Part shown: piece by piece, positions 1 through 14,287 of the stretch | How positions within the stretch are numbered: position 1 is the first letter of the stretch | Layout: every line of letters begins with the position of its first letter | Source: Camelus dromedarius | Taxonomy: Eukaryota | Reading direction: 5' to 3' | NCBI RefSeq assembly: GCF_036321535.1 | Contig: NC_087436.1 | Coordinates: 54,252,001 to 54,316,000 of the forward strand | Length of the DNA: 64,000 bases | Notes under the pieces: generated by a model | Database searches by the model: none | What the model saw: the letters and a program-made list of their open reading frames with translations, nothing else | What the model was told of the DNA's origin: nothing | Program-made: the position numbers and the translations under genes

Positions 1-507
1 GTGGTTCTCACTCTCCACTAGCTTCTCAGGTACCCAGCAGGCTGAGAACCAGCCTCAGCTTCCTACTGCATCAGTAGACAGTTTCCTGCAGGTCAGCTTT
101 AGGCCTACCCATGCACCAGGGAGTGGTTTCTGGAGGACCAGTGCTGGCCCACGAGTGTTCCAGTGGGCAGCTTCTTAGGAAGCAGCTCTAGTCCTCTGGA
201 ACCTGGCATACTTTCCCACCCCTTCAGTTTGCTGTAGCCACACCTTCTCCAATTAGGTCAGAATCTCAGCCTTAGTTTGTTGGGGTTGCCTTCTTTCAAA
301 GTCTTAGTTCCTTCCATGTTTACTCTCCCTCAATCCTAGAGATAATAAATGCTTCTTCCATTAGCAATTACTGTATTCCTTAGAGTCATCTTTTACTACT
401 TTCAGTGGGTGACTACCTTTTACTAATTGAAAAATCTTTACACTAAATATTTCCTGTTCAAATTACTAACATAGCTTCTGTCTCTTGACTGGATCCTGTC
501 TAATCCA
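1..507 (+). mobile_element. ERVL-class LTR (LTR33/LTR41-like), 5' part outside or at the window edge
   Basis: The 3' end (aaattact...ttctgtctcttgactggatcctgtctaatcca) resembles the terminus of ancient ERVL LTRs and runs directly into ERVL internal sequence. Subfamily is from memory. Confidence 0.55.
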
Positions 508-2150
508 GGATCAATACCAGGAAGATCTACCAATAAAGATGAAATTTGGATTGGTTTGGCCATATCCTTAGGCTTGAGCAGTGTTGATTTCCTTGTTGTG
601 AGAAATACTGTACTAGTAATTTATGGCATGCAGTGGCATCACATTGAGCCATTACTTGTGGAGGATTGTGATGCAGGTCCCTCAAAGAAAGACCCAACAA
701 CATTGCGAGAAGAATGTACTATGAATCCTCTTTCAAGCCTTCTACAGTGAGGCCTGGGTCCAATTGTTTGAGTACCCTAGGGAAAAAGAAAACGTGAGGA
801 ATACTAGTTGCTGGCTTTGAGCTGATGCTAATTCCTGGAGACTTCCTAAAATGCCACTGTGGTCCAACAGTGAAAGTGGAGGTTATGTTAGTTGGTTGGT
901 AGATGGAGTGTTAGCTGAAGTTAGACTCACAGAGGGCACAGTCTGTCAGATTTGCCTTGTTTTTATAATTTTAGAAACTGACTCTCTGACATATGGGTTA
1001 TGGGCCATTATTGTAGAAAGAGCTAAGTGGAAGTCCTTGGAAATTCCCTTCTCTGCCAAGGTATTAACCCAGTTGCAATACTGAATTCTTAGGGAATTGT
1101 GGAGATAAGTGCCACCATCAAAAGACTTGAAAATGGTGGTGGAACCTATTATATTTCTTCTATTTGATCTGTGGAGAAGTCAGATGAATTTTGGAGAATG
1201 ACTGTGATCATCATAAACTTAATTAGGTTGTAATGCAGGTTAAAGCTGCTGTCTCAAATATAATATCTTTACTGGAGCAAAACAACATGGTTCACTATAT
1301 TGATAGCATTATGATCATTAGATTTGATGAGCAGGAAGTAGCAGGAACTTCATATGCCTTAGGAAGGTATATGTGAACCAGAAAGTGGAAGATAAACCCC
1401 GTAAAATTTCAGAGGCCTCCCACCTCAGTGCAGTTTCTGGGGGTCTAGTGGTTTGGATCATGTTAGGATATCCCCTCCAAGGTGAAAGACAAGTTATTGT
1501 TCCTTTCACTCCCTACTGTGAAAAACAGGCACAACTCTTGGCGGCCTTTATGGTTTTGGGGGACTATATGTGTCACATTTGAGTGTATACCTGTGATGCA
1601 TCTACTGAGATACTAATAAGTGGGACTTGTTTTGAGTGAAAACCAGAGTGAGAGAAGGTTCTATGGTAAGTCCAGTCTGCATCGCAAGCTACTCTTTCAC
1701 TTGGGCCTTGTGATTCAGCAGTTTTGATTATACTTGAGATGCCTGTTGCAAATTGAGATGCTGTGAGAAACTTCTGGCAAGTGTCAATATAAGAACAAGA
1801 GTACATACCTCTAGGACTTTCAAGCACTTCTTATGTCCTCTTCTGCAGATAACTATTTTCTTAATGAGAAACAGCTCTGGATTGTTACTGGGCCTTGATA
1901 GAAACTGAATGCTTAATCACGGGACATCAAATTACCTTGTAGCCTAAGCTTGCTATCATGAATTGGGTGTTTTCTGACCAAATAGCTATAAGGTTGTTGT
2001 AATTATAATGAAGCAGTAATTACAATGCAGCAGTAATTATAATGAAGTGGAAATGCATATAAAAGACCAGACTCAGACATGTCCAGAAGATACAAATCAT
2101 TTGCATATGCTGAGATTCCTTTGACACTGACTCCTGCTATACCAGAAATG
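508..2150 (+). mobile_element. Degenerate ERVL internal region (pro/pol remnant)
   Basis: Fragments translate to ERVL pol motifs: GIVEISATIK (~1092), WRMTV...LLEQ (~1192-1280) and VHYIDSIM (~1290, a decayed YIDD). Many stops and frameshifts, and an internal deletion between LLEQ and VHYID. Confidence 0.8.
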
Positions 2151-3560
2151 GTAAATACATGAATCAATATGAGTAATATTTCCAACTTCTCATCTCTTTG
2201 AGAGATAACTGACTGTCTAAAGTATTACTAACAATAATGTTTAGGGGGTTTATGAAATATGTAAAAGCAAAATGTATGACTAACAACTCAAAGGAAGGAA
2301 TGAAGAAAATTGAAGTGTACTGATATAAGATTTTTAGACTATACATGTAGTACCATCTATCATTTGAAGGTAGACTATGATGTTAAAGATATTTAGAGCA
2401 GCCACTAAAAAAAAAACCAAAGGGAAATAGCTAATAAGGCAGTAGTAGATAGTGTAGAATCATTAAAAAATATTCAGCTAGTCCAAAAGAATGCAGGAAG
2501 GGAGAAGAAAATACTGAGGGACAGATGGTACAAATGGAGAAAATAGAAAAAATATGCATATATCAATAATAGATTAACATCAACATATCAAGAATTATTT
2601 TAAGTGCAAATGGTCTAATAAAAATAAAATTCAGAGATTGTCATATGGGTATAAAAGCAAGAAACAACTATGCTATCTCTAAAAACTACACTTTAATTAT
2701 ACAGACCCATGCAGGTTAAATATAAAAGAATGAAAAATGATATACTATGCAAACAGCACAGAAAATACTGTGTTGGCCGTATCAGACAAAGTTGATGTGA
2801 GAACATGGAATATAACCAGAGATAAAGAGGGACATTTTCTAATAAAAAAAGAAAGAAGTCATTAAGAAGACACAAAAATCCTAAGTGTAGATGCAATATA
2901 GAGATTCAGAATACATGAAACAAAAATTGAAAGAATAGAATGGAGAAATAGAGAAATTCACAGTTAAAGCTAGAAATTTCACCACTCTAGACTCAATAAT
3001 TGATAGAACCAGGGGACAAAACATCAGTGACTTTATATAGGAGACTTGAACAGTATTATTGACCATCCTGACCTGTTAGAGACTTGTAGAACACGGCACC
3101 TGAAAACCTGGAAACATAGAATACACAACTTTGCAAGTGCACGTAGGGCATTCACCAGGAGAGACCATATTATGGGCAGTAAAACAAGTTTCAGTATATT
3201 TAAAAATACTGAAATCATAGAAAGTATCCTCTTTGATCATAACACATTTAACCAAAAGCAGTCATACAATGATAACGTCATATGTTTGGAAGTTAATGAA
3301 CATATTTCTAAATAAACCTTGGGATGAAAGACAAAATCATGAGAAACATTAGAAAATATTTCAAGCTGAATCAAAGTGAAAACACAACCTATCAGTATTT
3401 GTGGGGTGGAGCTAACACAGTACTTAGTGGGTAATATGTAGAATTAGTGTTTATGTTAGAAAAGAAGAAATATATAAAAATCAATGAAATCAACTTCAAC
3501 CTTTAGGAGATAGAAAAAAGAAGAGAAATTCAAACCCAAAACAAGGGGAGGAAATAACAG
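2150..3560 (+). mobile_element. Old L1 fragment (inter-ORF region and ORF2 endonuclease)
   Basis: ORF 3046-3315 reads F-TRRDHIMGSKTSFSIFKNTEIIESILFDHN, the C-terminal motif of the L1 ORF2 APE domain. The sense strand is A-rich. Confidence 0.85.
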
Positions 3561-3714
3561 GTGACATAGGTGAAATAAAATTTTGTAGCATCTATATCTC
3601 CACAAGGAAATAAGGGAATTCTAAGGTTTAAAATGTCTATTTTAAAATATAAGATACATTTATTAATATCTCTGAAAAGTTTAATTCCTAGGTTGGTTTT
3701 TTTTTTTTTTGTCC

Positions 3715-3850
3715 TTACTAGCTGTGTGACCTAATACAACTTGTTCAACTTATTTAATGCTTAGATTACTCATATGTAAAATGAGATGATAAATTTTAAG
3801 GTCATAATGATGAGAAGTAAATGAAATGGATATATGCAAAGATCATAGCA
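3715..3850 (+). mobile_element. MIR fragment
   Basis: cttactagctgtgtgacct...catatgtaaaatgagatgataa matches the MIR core. Confidence 0.6.
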
Positions 3851-4159
3851 GTCTAGAATTAAAATTTAGAAGCACAAACTTTTTACATACAGCATCAATA
3901 AGATTAAAAAGCTAAAAAGAGTAAAATGTTTTTAAAGACAGGAATCTTGAAGTATTGAATTATTTTCACAGGGTTTTGAAAATACAGTTTACTAAGAAAA
4001 TATACTGAGTAGGTAATTGGATGAACTTTCTAGTTAAGGACACTTAAAAAATGAATAAAAAATCTTCTGGAATATATTAAAGCGCTGACAAGGTAGTAAA
4101 AATTTACCAAGCATGATATGACTGGGGGAGAAAAGAGGCCCAAGGAGGCAAGCCTTGCA

Positions 4160-6060
4160 TGGTAGGCATAATAATAACCCTCCAAGGGTGTCCATGTCCT
4201 AATCTCTAGAACCTATGAACGTTACTTCACATGGTAAAAGGCCTTTGTAGATTTAATTAAGTATTTTGAGATGGGCAGATTTAACCTGAATATTTGGGCA
4301 GACCCAGTGTAACCACAGATGTTCTTAAGAAGGATGCAGGAGAGTCAGAGTCAGAGAAGGCAATGCAGTGATGGAAGCAGAGGTTGGAATCATACACGGT
4401 TGTGAACCAAGAGATGTAGGCAACCTCTAATAACTGGAAAGGTAAGGAAACAGATTCTCCCCTAGATTCTCTGGAAGAGAGGGAACTCTGCCAACACCTT
4501 GATTTTGGGACTTTTGATGTCCGTGATTGTAAAATAATAAGTGTGTGTACCTTATATACTAAGCTTGTCATAAATTTTTAGAGCAACCATAGGTACCAGT
4601 GTAGATTATGGTACCTGAAATTGGGGTGCTGCTGAAACAAATACCTAAAAATGTGGAAGTAGTGTAGAAGTGGCTTTGGAATTGGGTGATCGAAAAATTG
4701 AGGCTGGAAGAATTTTGAGAAACATAATAGAAAGAGCTTAGGTTGCTTTGAACAGAATGTTAGTAGAAATATGAGTATTAAAGAATCTTATGACTCAGAA
4801 GGGGCTCAGAAGGATATAAGAAGCATGGTAGAAAAAACCTAGAAAAATCTTAGAGAATACTAAATCATAAACAGACAGTTGGTAGAAATATGGACATTAA
4901 AGCACCGCAAGTGAGGGATCAGAAGAAAATGTGGAACATATTGGAAACTATAAGAAAGCAAATCCTTGTTATATAGTGGTAGAAAGCTTAGCTGAATTGT
5001 GTCCTACTCAATTATATGGAAGGTAGAATTTGTAAGAGATGTTCTTGGATATTTGGTTGAAGAGATTTACAGGCGAAGTGTTGAAGGTATATTCAGGTTT
5101 CTTCTTACTGCTTACAGTGAAATGTGAGAGGAAAATGATAAATTGAGGGAAGAACTAGAAAGGAACCAGGACTAAAGATTTAAGAAATATCCAGATTGAA
5201 AAAGATGCTAAAATTAGGAGGTTCACTGTCAGGACAGCATGCCTGAAGAGAAAGCTAAGATTTTCTAAGGTAACTGAGCAATCTTTTGCTTAGAAGGATC
5301 TAAGTATTTAGTTACACAGAGGGCTCTTTGAAGAGAGTAGTTGTGTGACACATGGGTCCCTTCAGCCATCTCAGCAGAAGCCAAAAATAGAGCTGAGATA
5401 ATTTAGGAAAGACTTTTGGAGGACCCTCTTCTGTGGAGTGAATCCCTGTGTCCGATGGGGGAGACCCCCAGGGTTCATGAGAATTTTACATCAGCAGAAG
5501 CAATGCCAGCTTGGACTAAAAGGGACAGAGAGGAGGAGAACTGAAAGAAGACAGTGAACACCAGATTCTATAGGTTGGAAACAGGCTGATAAAACTCCTA
5601 GACTGGAAGCACATTGCTACCCTTTATGAGAAGGGAGATTGACTCCTAAGGTGGAGCCTGGGCTCCCGAAGATGAAGCTGTGAGCCACAGAGGATTATTT
5701 TCAGGGTTTGAGAGCTAACTGAAGTTGCCTGACAGGATTTTGAAATTGCTTGGGATGGCTGACTCATATTTTCCTTCTATTTTCTCCCTTTCTGAATGGG
5801 AATGTCTATGTTTGGTGTCCTATAATTGTCCCTCCATTGTGTTTGGGGAGCTGATAATTTGTTTTCTAGTTTTACAGGTCCATAGGTGGAGAGAAATTTT
5901 GTTCCAGAGGGAACATACCCAGAGTCTCAGTCATACCTGATTTATATGACTTAGATGATGCAGCTTGGGACTTTTGAGTTGAGATTTAGATGAGATTTCA
6001 CACTTGGAGTTGCTGCTATATTGAATTGAGACTCTTGGAGCTGTTGGGATGGGATGCACA
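4160..6060 (+). mobile_element. MaLR element: MLT1(C/D)-like LTR (~4160-4604) plus MLT1 internal region, 3' LTR missing
   Basis: LTR start tggtaggcataataataacc...gtccatgtcctaatctctagaacctatgaac. The internal region begins gattatggtacctgaaattggggtgctgct...acaaatacctaaaaatgtggaagt, typical of MLT1-int. Confidence 0.8.
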
Positions 6061-9000
6061 GCACCTTCCATATTCACAGTGTGGGAGAGTATTATGTAAG
6101 TAAAAGAGATTCCACCTGAGTGGCAATCCATACTCTGTGTGTTCATGAAAAACAGTTGGTAACCAATTGTATGCTTTCCGATTTTAAATTGGATTTGAAT
6201 TAAAAAGTGAAAAGTATGAATATATTCAAATTTGCAATCAGTGTGTATGTGTGCTTTAAGTATGGATAATGAAGAAATGAGTAATGGAAATAACTGTTTG
6301 ATCATACGAGAGTAAGAATGCTGATAAGGGACAGATGATCATATGAGCTACTGAAATAAAATATAAATTTACTGCCAGTAAAGACTATTATGATTTCATG
6401 TGGTCTTTTCAAGTGGCATATCTTAGTATCTCGAGTGGTCTAAACTCATTGTTTTCAAGCCAAAATATTGTGCTTTTTAATGTTGAGAATATTTTCTCAG
6501 GATTTTTAAAGACAATGAAACTGAAATACAAATAGCTTGAGACTGACATTTGGATCTTTTCCCAGTTCAATGTCTTTTTTTTAGTCTGGAGAAAGAAACT
6601 GATGATACATTATTTAGCTAATATATAAACTACATCCAAATGCTGCAACAGAGCATGAAGAAATAATTTCGAGGGCTGAAAACAAGAGTGGATTAGAAAT
6701 ATGCTTACTGTTGTCTTCCAAGTTGAAACATCCAACCTTCCAGCTTTTGGCTGTAAAATGTTAGAACTTACCATCTATTCGAGTCCTAAAAATAGTCTTC
6801 AGTGAGTCATCTCTCCATAAATTCTGGACCACTTGTGTTAATATGAAAATCTAGACTCATCTGGCAGCCACTAAACACTGGTGCCATTTACAATGATCTA
6901 TTTGAATTTAAAATTTCCAATTTAGTAGAAGATAGCATGAGAAATCAATTGCAAATATAACAAATTACAAATTAAGCTATCTACCATTGAGCTGCATAAA
7001 GCTATCTTGGTGAAAGACTGCAAATAAAATTATCCTTCTCATTGAAATAAAACTTTTTATGTGCTAATTTTAAAAAATAATGTTTTTTTTGTTGTTAAGA
7101 AAATTAAAAGACACATTAAAAATTACCTAAAACTGATGATATTCATGTACACTGATTACCCATTAAGGGGTGTGTAGATGCCAAACTTTAAGAAACACTA
7201 CTGTTGAAGCTATTGATAAGGAATCTCCTTCAACTTGAATATTAAATGTTTTGTTTGTTTCAGTGCTCTTCAGTAATTACAGATTCTAGCTAAAGATGAG
7301 TAATTGCTCTTTCCTACACAGCATTTCAGAGATTCCTTCAGACCTAAGCAATCCTAGTTTCAGAACTATCAGTCTGTGTAAAGATCACGTCTCTGCTAAT
7401 CACTTGTAATTATGAAAATTATGATTTCATCACGATGGTACTACAACTAGGCATGGGAAATTCCAACTCATTTATCAAACTTCTTTTGGACTTTGATTTT
7501 GCAAGATATGGAGGTGTACGCAGAAATTTATATAGGGAGATATTAATATATTTATACTTAGACTAAGATATAGATAAACTAAGAGCAGAGTGTGGAATCT
7601 AGTTCCTTATGGGCTGATTTTAATCAACAAGTGGATTGTGGCCAATTCATAATTATAAAAAATTGAATTAGTTACCAATATCAGTAACTTGTAGGATTTC
7701 ATATGTAAGTCTAGATTTTCAGCTTTTCTTAAAATGAAAGAGACAAAAACCCCAACTAACAACAGTCAATTGGGGCGGAGTAAAGTAAACCCAGGGGTGA
7801 GGGTGAGTGATCTCCAGTCCACCATTTCCCATTCAACACTTCTTTGCCTTCCTTGCCCCAGTAGGCATTTGAATTCTCCATCCTTGTGAGTATAGTAACA
7901 ATTAATCTTATGTAGGTCCTTTAGCTTCATGTAAGATTTATAATCCTTAACATTATTTCATTTGGATGTGTTTAACAGCCTGTGTATTATTCACTAAGTG
8001 TTAATTGTTTCTTTAAAAAGAGGAATTTGGATTTTTAAGGAGCGGGAAGAATAGACTCATATTAAGTAACTCTATGCTGAAATTCATGTTGCATTGCACA
8101 GTAATAAATGTTAATGAACTCTGAACATTTACATAGCATGAATTTACCAAAATAGGCATTATAAATCTTGACTGCTACTAGATAATCTACCATGTAGGAC
8201 ATAGTAATTACATGGAAACTATATAAACTATTTGTATACATTTTCTCTTAGTGAAAATTTTTTGAGCACAAAACTCTTATAATTCTTGATCATTGTAGTG
8301 ACGTTTTTCAGGATAGCCATATTTAGTCATATCTACTCTAGCTTAGAACTTGGCAGTGTAGCATCAGATATGCTATATTAAATTTGTGACTCAACTGAAT
8401 TACTGATACCAGTGTTGACATGAACTGTTATTTCAACATCTGTATTAAGGAATCTAACTAGCTTTTTATCAGCTTTACTCTGTTTAATATTGGAATGGTT
8501 GAAATTGTGTTAAACAACCCTCTACTCCAATATACAGTCAAATCTAGTAGTTTATATTTGAATCCTGCCTCTTCTGATATACAATGTCTCTAGATTTACA
8601 TGGAAAAGCTACTTTTTTCTATTTCTGTTACTGAAAATATGGTAAGCTAACTAGTACATTTATTCCACAGAGCACTTCCTGCCACTTATTTGTCTCATAT
8701 CAATGGTGGATAACCTAAGTGCTGTATCTAAGAGCCAGTGACACTTAAAATACTATTATTAATTAATACAATTCCTTTCCAAATCTTTTTTATTCACTTT
8801 GAGCTTTCCTTACTATGTTTATTTGATTTAGTTTTGTTTAAATTTAATTAGTTCTTAAAAATCACAGTGTGTATTTGTTTCTTGAGATCCAAAACAAAGA
8901 AAGCATTATGCTTTCTAAATGAACCACAATTTATGTCACAATTATGAAAATGAACATAATAGACATGTGTTCCTTTCCATACTCTAAAGTCAAACTTACA

Positions 9001-9509
9001 TATTGCTCTGTCCAATCAATCATTATGATTGAGTAGCTTAAAGAGTTAACTATATCTGGGGCATACTTATTAAATATATTCAATTTTAAATTAAAATTTG
9101 ATTTTCTTTTAAGAAGATAATGCCAGTTATAATCATATAGCAAAAGTTATGTTGCTATAAGCATACTAAAATATTTTAAGTTGCAAACCTTCATTTTAAG
9201 GTGCTTATAGATTTGTTTCTCCTTACTAAAAGATGACATAATAGAAAAAGGATGCTGGATGTCATTTTATTTTTAGAAATTAGAATAAGTACATTTTAAT
9301 TAGCTCTGGAAGATAGAATAATCATCAGTCTTACCAAAATATTCAGTCTAGATGTTAGCCGAAGACTATAGTAAATCATCTAAAAATTATTAGATTAAAA
9401 GGGTAGAGTGATTCATAACTTCGTATGTGCTTAAAAAAGATTAGTAATATAAAGAATATAATATTAAAATTAATACTAAGAATCACATAAGTATTACCTA
9501 ATATTCCCT

Positions 9510-9800
9510 TTCTCTTCTTTCTCTACACAATTTCTCAGAAACCACCTTTAGTCTCATGGCTTCAGGTACCACCCATATATACTGATCATTTCCAAATGCA
9601 CGCATTACTTCCGATGTGTGTTTACGCCCTGAACTCTCCACTGAGCTCTGGTCTTCCACGAATTACTATCTATATGACACCTTCTTGATGTTTTACAGGA
9701 ACAAGACTAATATTTCAAAATTGAATTTGTCTTTCTTCCAACTCTGCTCTGGCTTCTGTTTTCTTTTTTCTCTGACAAGAACCTGCATTCATTAGCCAGG
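9510..9800 (+). mobile_element. L2 fragment
   Basis: ctcatggcttcaggtaccacccatatatactgat...ccctgaactctccactgagctc resembles the L2 consensus. Confidence 0.55.
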
Positions 9801-10002
9801 ACAGTGTCACAAGGCCACCCCCATCTGGCAGATGGCTGTGGAAAGGGAGGGTGGAAATTAGAATTGTGCTAGCAACCAATAATAGCTGACTCAGCTACTT
9901 ACAAGCTTTGTTGATTTTGGAAATAATTTCTTTGTGTGATAGTTTCCTTGCCTGTGAGTTAAAATAATGCTAACAAAGGGTATGTACTTAGTAAATGTTA
10001 GC

Positions 10003-10850
10003 TATTGTTTTGGTCACCTATTGGTGCATAGCCAATCACCCTAAAATGTAGTGCTTTAAAGAACAACAATTTGTTATTTTTCATAATTATAGTGACAAAT
10101 AGGGATTGATTGCTAAAGAAGACTCAGGGCCCAAAATGACAATGCTTAATTAAATCTACAATTTATTGCGGAAAAAGAATACCAATAGCAACAGCATTAA
10201 AGTATTCTTGATAATCAAAGGCTGCAAGGGTTCCAGAGAGGCCGGCAGTGAGCTTTGTCTTCCCTCCCTAAGGCCACACCAGGACATGCTTTCTGTCTTG
10301 GATCTGGAACCACTGACACATGCACAGACATCTCAGAATCTGGGAGCTCAAAGTGGGGTTTTATCAGGGGTTCTTACACTCTGCTGGTGACATAGGCATA
10401 TTCTGTTATATAACCAGCACAAACTGTAGAACCCTCCAGGAGTCTCCCTGAGGCCAGGTGCAGGCCATCGGTCTCACTATCATCAGTGAACAATGCTAGC
10501 AGGCCCATACAAACCACTCTGAAACTCGTGGGAATTCCATAATTGCAAAGCAAGACTCTTAATCAGTAGTTTCTTATCTTGACCAGTGCCTTGTAGATAC
10601 TGTGGCGGAACAGCTCACACTGATTCCAGGCCTGCTGGAATTCGCCTTCACAGTACAGTGACTCTCTGGGTTCCCTGGACTCATTTGAATACTTTTTCTC
10701 ATGCATGTGGTATCAGCTGGGATCACTCATCTGGCTGCATTCCAGAGTATCCAAGATGGATGCTTTCATTCATATGTGTGGCACCGCCGCTGGATTGGCT
10801 GTAATGACTGGAAGCTGGCTGGGCCTTACCTTCAAGTCAATGGCATACTT
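10003..10850 (-). mobile_element. MLT1-type LTR interrupted by a second LTR (MER21/MER77-like, ~10093-10635)
   Basis: Reverse MLT1 end (ctattggtgcatagccaatcaccctaaaatgtagtgctttaaa) breaks at ~10092 and MLT1-like sequence resumes at ~10640. The intervening block resembles MER21-group LTRs. Confidence 0.5.
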
Positions 10851-11216
10851 TTAGGTCCTAGATGCATACTATTCCGTTCTGTACAAATATCAGGTCTTGA
10901 AACGTATCTTCTGTATTTGAGAGAGAGATGCAGAAAAGTCAAGAGCTATGGATGGTATTCATTAGTCTGTCTTTATAGTCCCATCTACTCAATTAATATT
11001 ATTGAGCTATTATGTGTTAAAAGTGTGGTAAAACTGATTTTTTTTCCTTCTCAAAATTACTACCACCACGGCTCTTAGCCTTCACTGGTATATTTTTCTG
11101 CTACGTTCCTAGCTTCATACAACTCTTTATAGTTTGTAGTTTTCATAGAAAGTGATAGAAGAGCTTCTGGTTGAACAAGATGGATTGAATCCATGCTTGT
11201 ATTTTAGCTTCCTCCC

Positions 11217-11575
11217 TCTATTAGTTTGTTAGGACTGTCATAACTAAGTACCACAGACTGAGTGGGCTTAAACAAAATAAATTTATTTTCTCACAGTTCC
11301 GGAGGCTGGAAGTCTGAGATCAAGGTGTTGGCAGTGACTTTTTTTCTGAGGCATCTCTCTTTGATTTGTAAAGGGCTGTCTTCTTCCAGCCTTTCCTCTG
11401 TTCATGCTCACATCTGTGTCCAAATTTCCTCTTCTTATTAAAGATACCAGTCATACTGGATTAAGGCTCACCCTGAAGACCTTATTTTACATTAATTACC
11501 TCTTTAAATACCTTATCTCCAGGTCCAGTTACATTCTGAGGTACTGGGGTATTGACCATTTATAAGTATGGATTT
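11217..11575 (-). mobile_element. MLT1A/B/C-like solo LTR
   Basis: tattagtttgttaggactgtcataactaagtaccacagactg...ttctcacagttccggaggctggaagtctgagatcaaggtgttggcag is a reverse-strand MLT1 signature. Confidence 0.8.
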
Positions 11576-12480
11576 TAATTGGGTCCTGATTAAAACACAC
11601 AAATGTATAAAAGTTATTTGTATATTTAATATGTATATTTAATGTACACATAAATTTATGAGGCAGTCACAAAAATTTGAACTCTGAATAGTTAAGGAAT
11701 CAAATAATTGTTGATTTTTTAAAGATAAGATCATGGTTTCGTGATTACGTTAAAAAAGAGTCCCTTATATTTTAGAATATTCATTGATGAAATTACATGA
11801 TATTTTGGATTTGCCTCTACCTCACTGGAGTGAGAAACTGGGGAAGTTGGTAAGATTAGAGAAAACGTACAGACATGAATTGAAGATTATTGACCCTGGG
11901 TGATGTGTATATGGGAATTTCTTACACTATACTCTATTTTTTGTGTGTTTTAAATTTTTCATAATTAAAAGTAAGGCAAGAAGAAAATGGAGATTTCAAG
12001 TAAAAGTTTATACACAGAATGGGGAGAGAATTCCAGGCACCTTTCCCACTCATTTTGTGGAAAGAATGACATTTAGGAAAGAATGACATTTGGGAGCCTG
12101 CTGGATTGTGATTCCATCACAGCATAATGAAGTCCAGTAGACTTCAGATCACATCTATTCTTGTGTGGAATTTTCAATCACAGTTTTTATTGACTCACCC
12201 TTACATGTGAATGAGGAGCAAGTAATCACCAGATACTTGAGGAAAGCCTCCAAAATGAAACACAAAAACAAAGCAAAAGCCAACATCAATGAAACTTCAA
12301 GGCAACAGATAATAGAACAAAGTGATAAATAATTAAAGTTATTATTATTAATGTTCACAGAAGGATGAAGGATAATGCATGTGTGAATAAAGAAGAGTTA
12401 GAGAATAAGAAAGCTAATTTGAAAATTAAAAATATGATTACAGAATTAAAAATTATAGAGTATGAGCTGAAAGGAGTACC
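11576..12480 (+). mobile_element. Old L1 fragments (3' end ~11576-11975, ORF1-start-like ~12150-12480)
   Basis: L1M-type 3' terminus (ctgggtgatgtgtatatgggaatttcttacactatactctattttttgtgtgttttaaatttttcataattaaaa) followed by an A-rich ORF1-like segment. Confidence 0.55.
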
Positions 12481-12619
12481 TGGCAGCCTGGTCTCACAAT
12501 AGTTCTTATTTATATGAGGGAGACTGAAACTCTGGAAACAATGGCAGTTACAGAACCAATGGAAAGCGACTACCTGGATGAGGCCTAGCAATATGAGTTT
12601 TAAACTGTTCTAAGCTTCA

Positions 12620-12792
12620 GTCCTGACTGCACATTAGCATTAACCAGAAAGCTTTTAAACATTTTTGAAATTTTAATAATAGCTGGATCTCATTTCCATT
12701 GGCTTTAATTTGAATGAGGTAGAATGAGGCATTGCTGTTTTAAAAGTTCCCCCTATAATTCTCTCGTGCAGCTTGGGCTGAGAACCACTAAT
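12620..12792. mobile_element. MER5-like hAT MITE
   Basis: ctgcacattagcattaaccagaaagcttttaa...aagttcccc...tgcagcttgggctgagaaccact. Confidence 0.55.
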
Positions 12793-14287
12793 CTAGTGTG
12801 AGTTTCTCAAAAGCAGAGCCCACGCTTTATTTATTACTGTGAACAGTGCTTTGCACATAGTAAACTTTTAGTATTTTCATTGGAAATAGTAATCATCACT
12901 GATGATGGCTCCACGTTAGGGGAGGAAGAGTAAACCTGTATGGCTTTCCTCAGCCCTCCTAATTCCTACGTGCCATCTCATCAAATGAATGATTATACCA
13001 TAGTTTTTAAAGAAAGAAGCCCATTTTAAAATTAGATTAAACATGAAAAATGCCATCAACAGCCTGCCTCAGTAGTCTGTAATTTCTGTTCCCAAGGCAA
13101 GATACTTTCAAGATCTGGGTCTTCTACTTTACGATGGATTGCTTAACAGAATAAGCTGTAGTAGTGACCCCTTTTGGGCTGAGCTGTAGTTCTTTATTGT
13201 ACATTAAAATCATCTGTGAGACTTGCTAAAAGTGTATATTCCTGGACCCAACAAGGTTCTGACTCACCAGATCTCAGATGAGACACTGTGGGGGCCATGT
13301 ATTTAATAGGTTGTTACCAATGCAGGTGCTCTGCACAGTTTGGAAAAGCAAGCTAAGCATAACAGCATTTTCAGCCTGTGCCTGGGGTTCTGTGTTGGCA
13401 AAGCCTTTTTGCCTTCTTTCTATGGTCATGAACGGAGACCTGCTGTTCACTGGTCAGTGTCTCACATTCCTATTTTGGAGCTTATTTTTAATTGACTTAT
13501 TAAATCGTAAGTCTAAGTTTTCAGAAGTAAGGAATTCATTTTGCTGCTCCATAATATTTTAGTGAAGCAAAGTTCAATAATATTATGAACTTTATGAAAA
13601 AGCAGAAGAAAAGGAAAAGGAAGTATTCATTGAAGGGGTCAAGATTTCATTTCTCCTTTTATGCAAAACAGTTCCCAAGACTAAGTATATTCACTTACCT
13701 GATTATTCATATGTAGCCTTTTCCCTCTGTTCCCCAGTAATGACCATTTAACCAACTATTGAAAACAGTCGGAAAGTAATCCCAGCTGATTATTTTTTAA
13801 ACATACCCGCCTATACAGAGACAAGATGGATATAGCATATCTGTAAAGTTTAAGAAAACCGATTAATATCATGTATTTGAATATTTCTCCTCATTTCTGT
13901 ATTGATGAATATTTCGTAGGTTTATATAAAGACAGAATTACACAGTTTTCTTCTTCTAAATGTAATTTTCTACAAGTTCGTATGTAAAAACAATCTTACA
14001 TGCCATGACCAAAGTGAATTTTTTCTACCAGCCACCAAATAATTGCATAGGTTTGTTCATCTGAGACAAGATAACATGGACCTTTGTGTAAATTTTTAGA
14101 ATCTAATTCATTTATAAGAAGAGGTATTTTTGTATAAGAATTTCTTCTAAAGAATTTTTCAAATTATTTTTACTGTAGTTTTACTATAATTAGAAATGGC
14201 TGATGCTCTTATTTGGAGGCACATTGGTTCCCAGAAGAACACATTTCCAAATTCATTATATAGTCAGTGAAATGTAGGGTTCAGTGC

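Noticed and set aside
5931..11078. Longer ORFs 5931-6305 (124 aa) and 10701-11078 (125 aa)
   Set aside because: They overlap MaLR relics, resemble no protein I recognise and have no exon signals.
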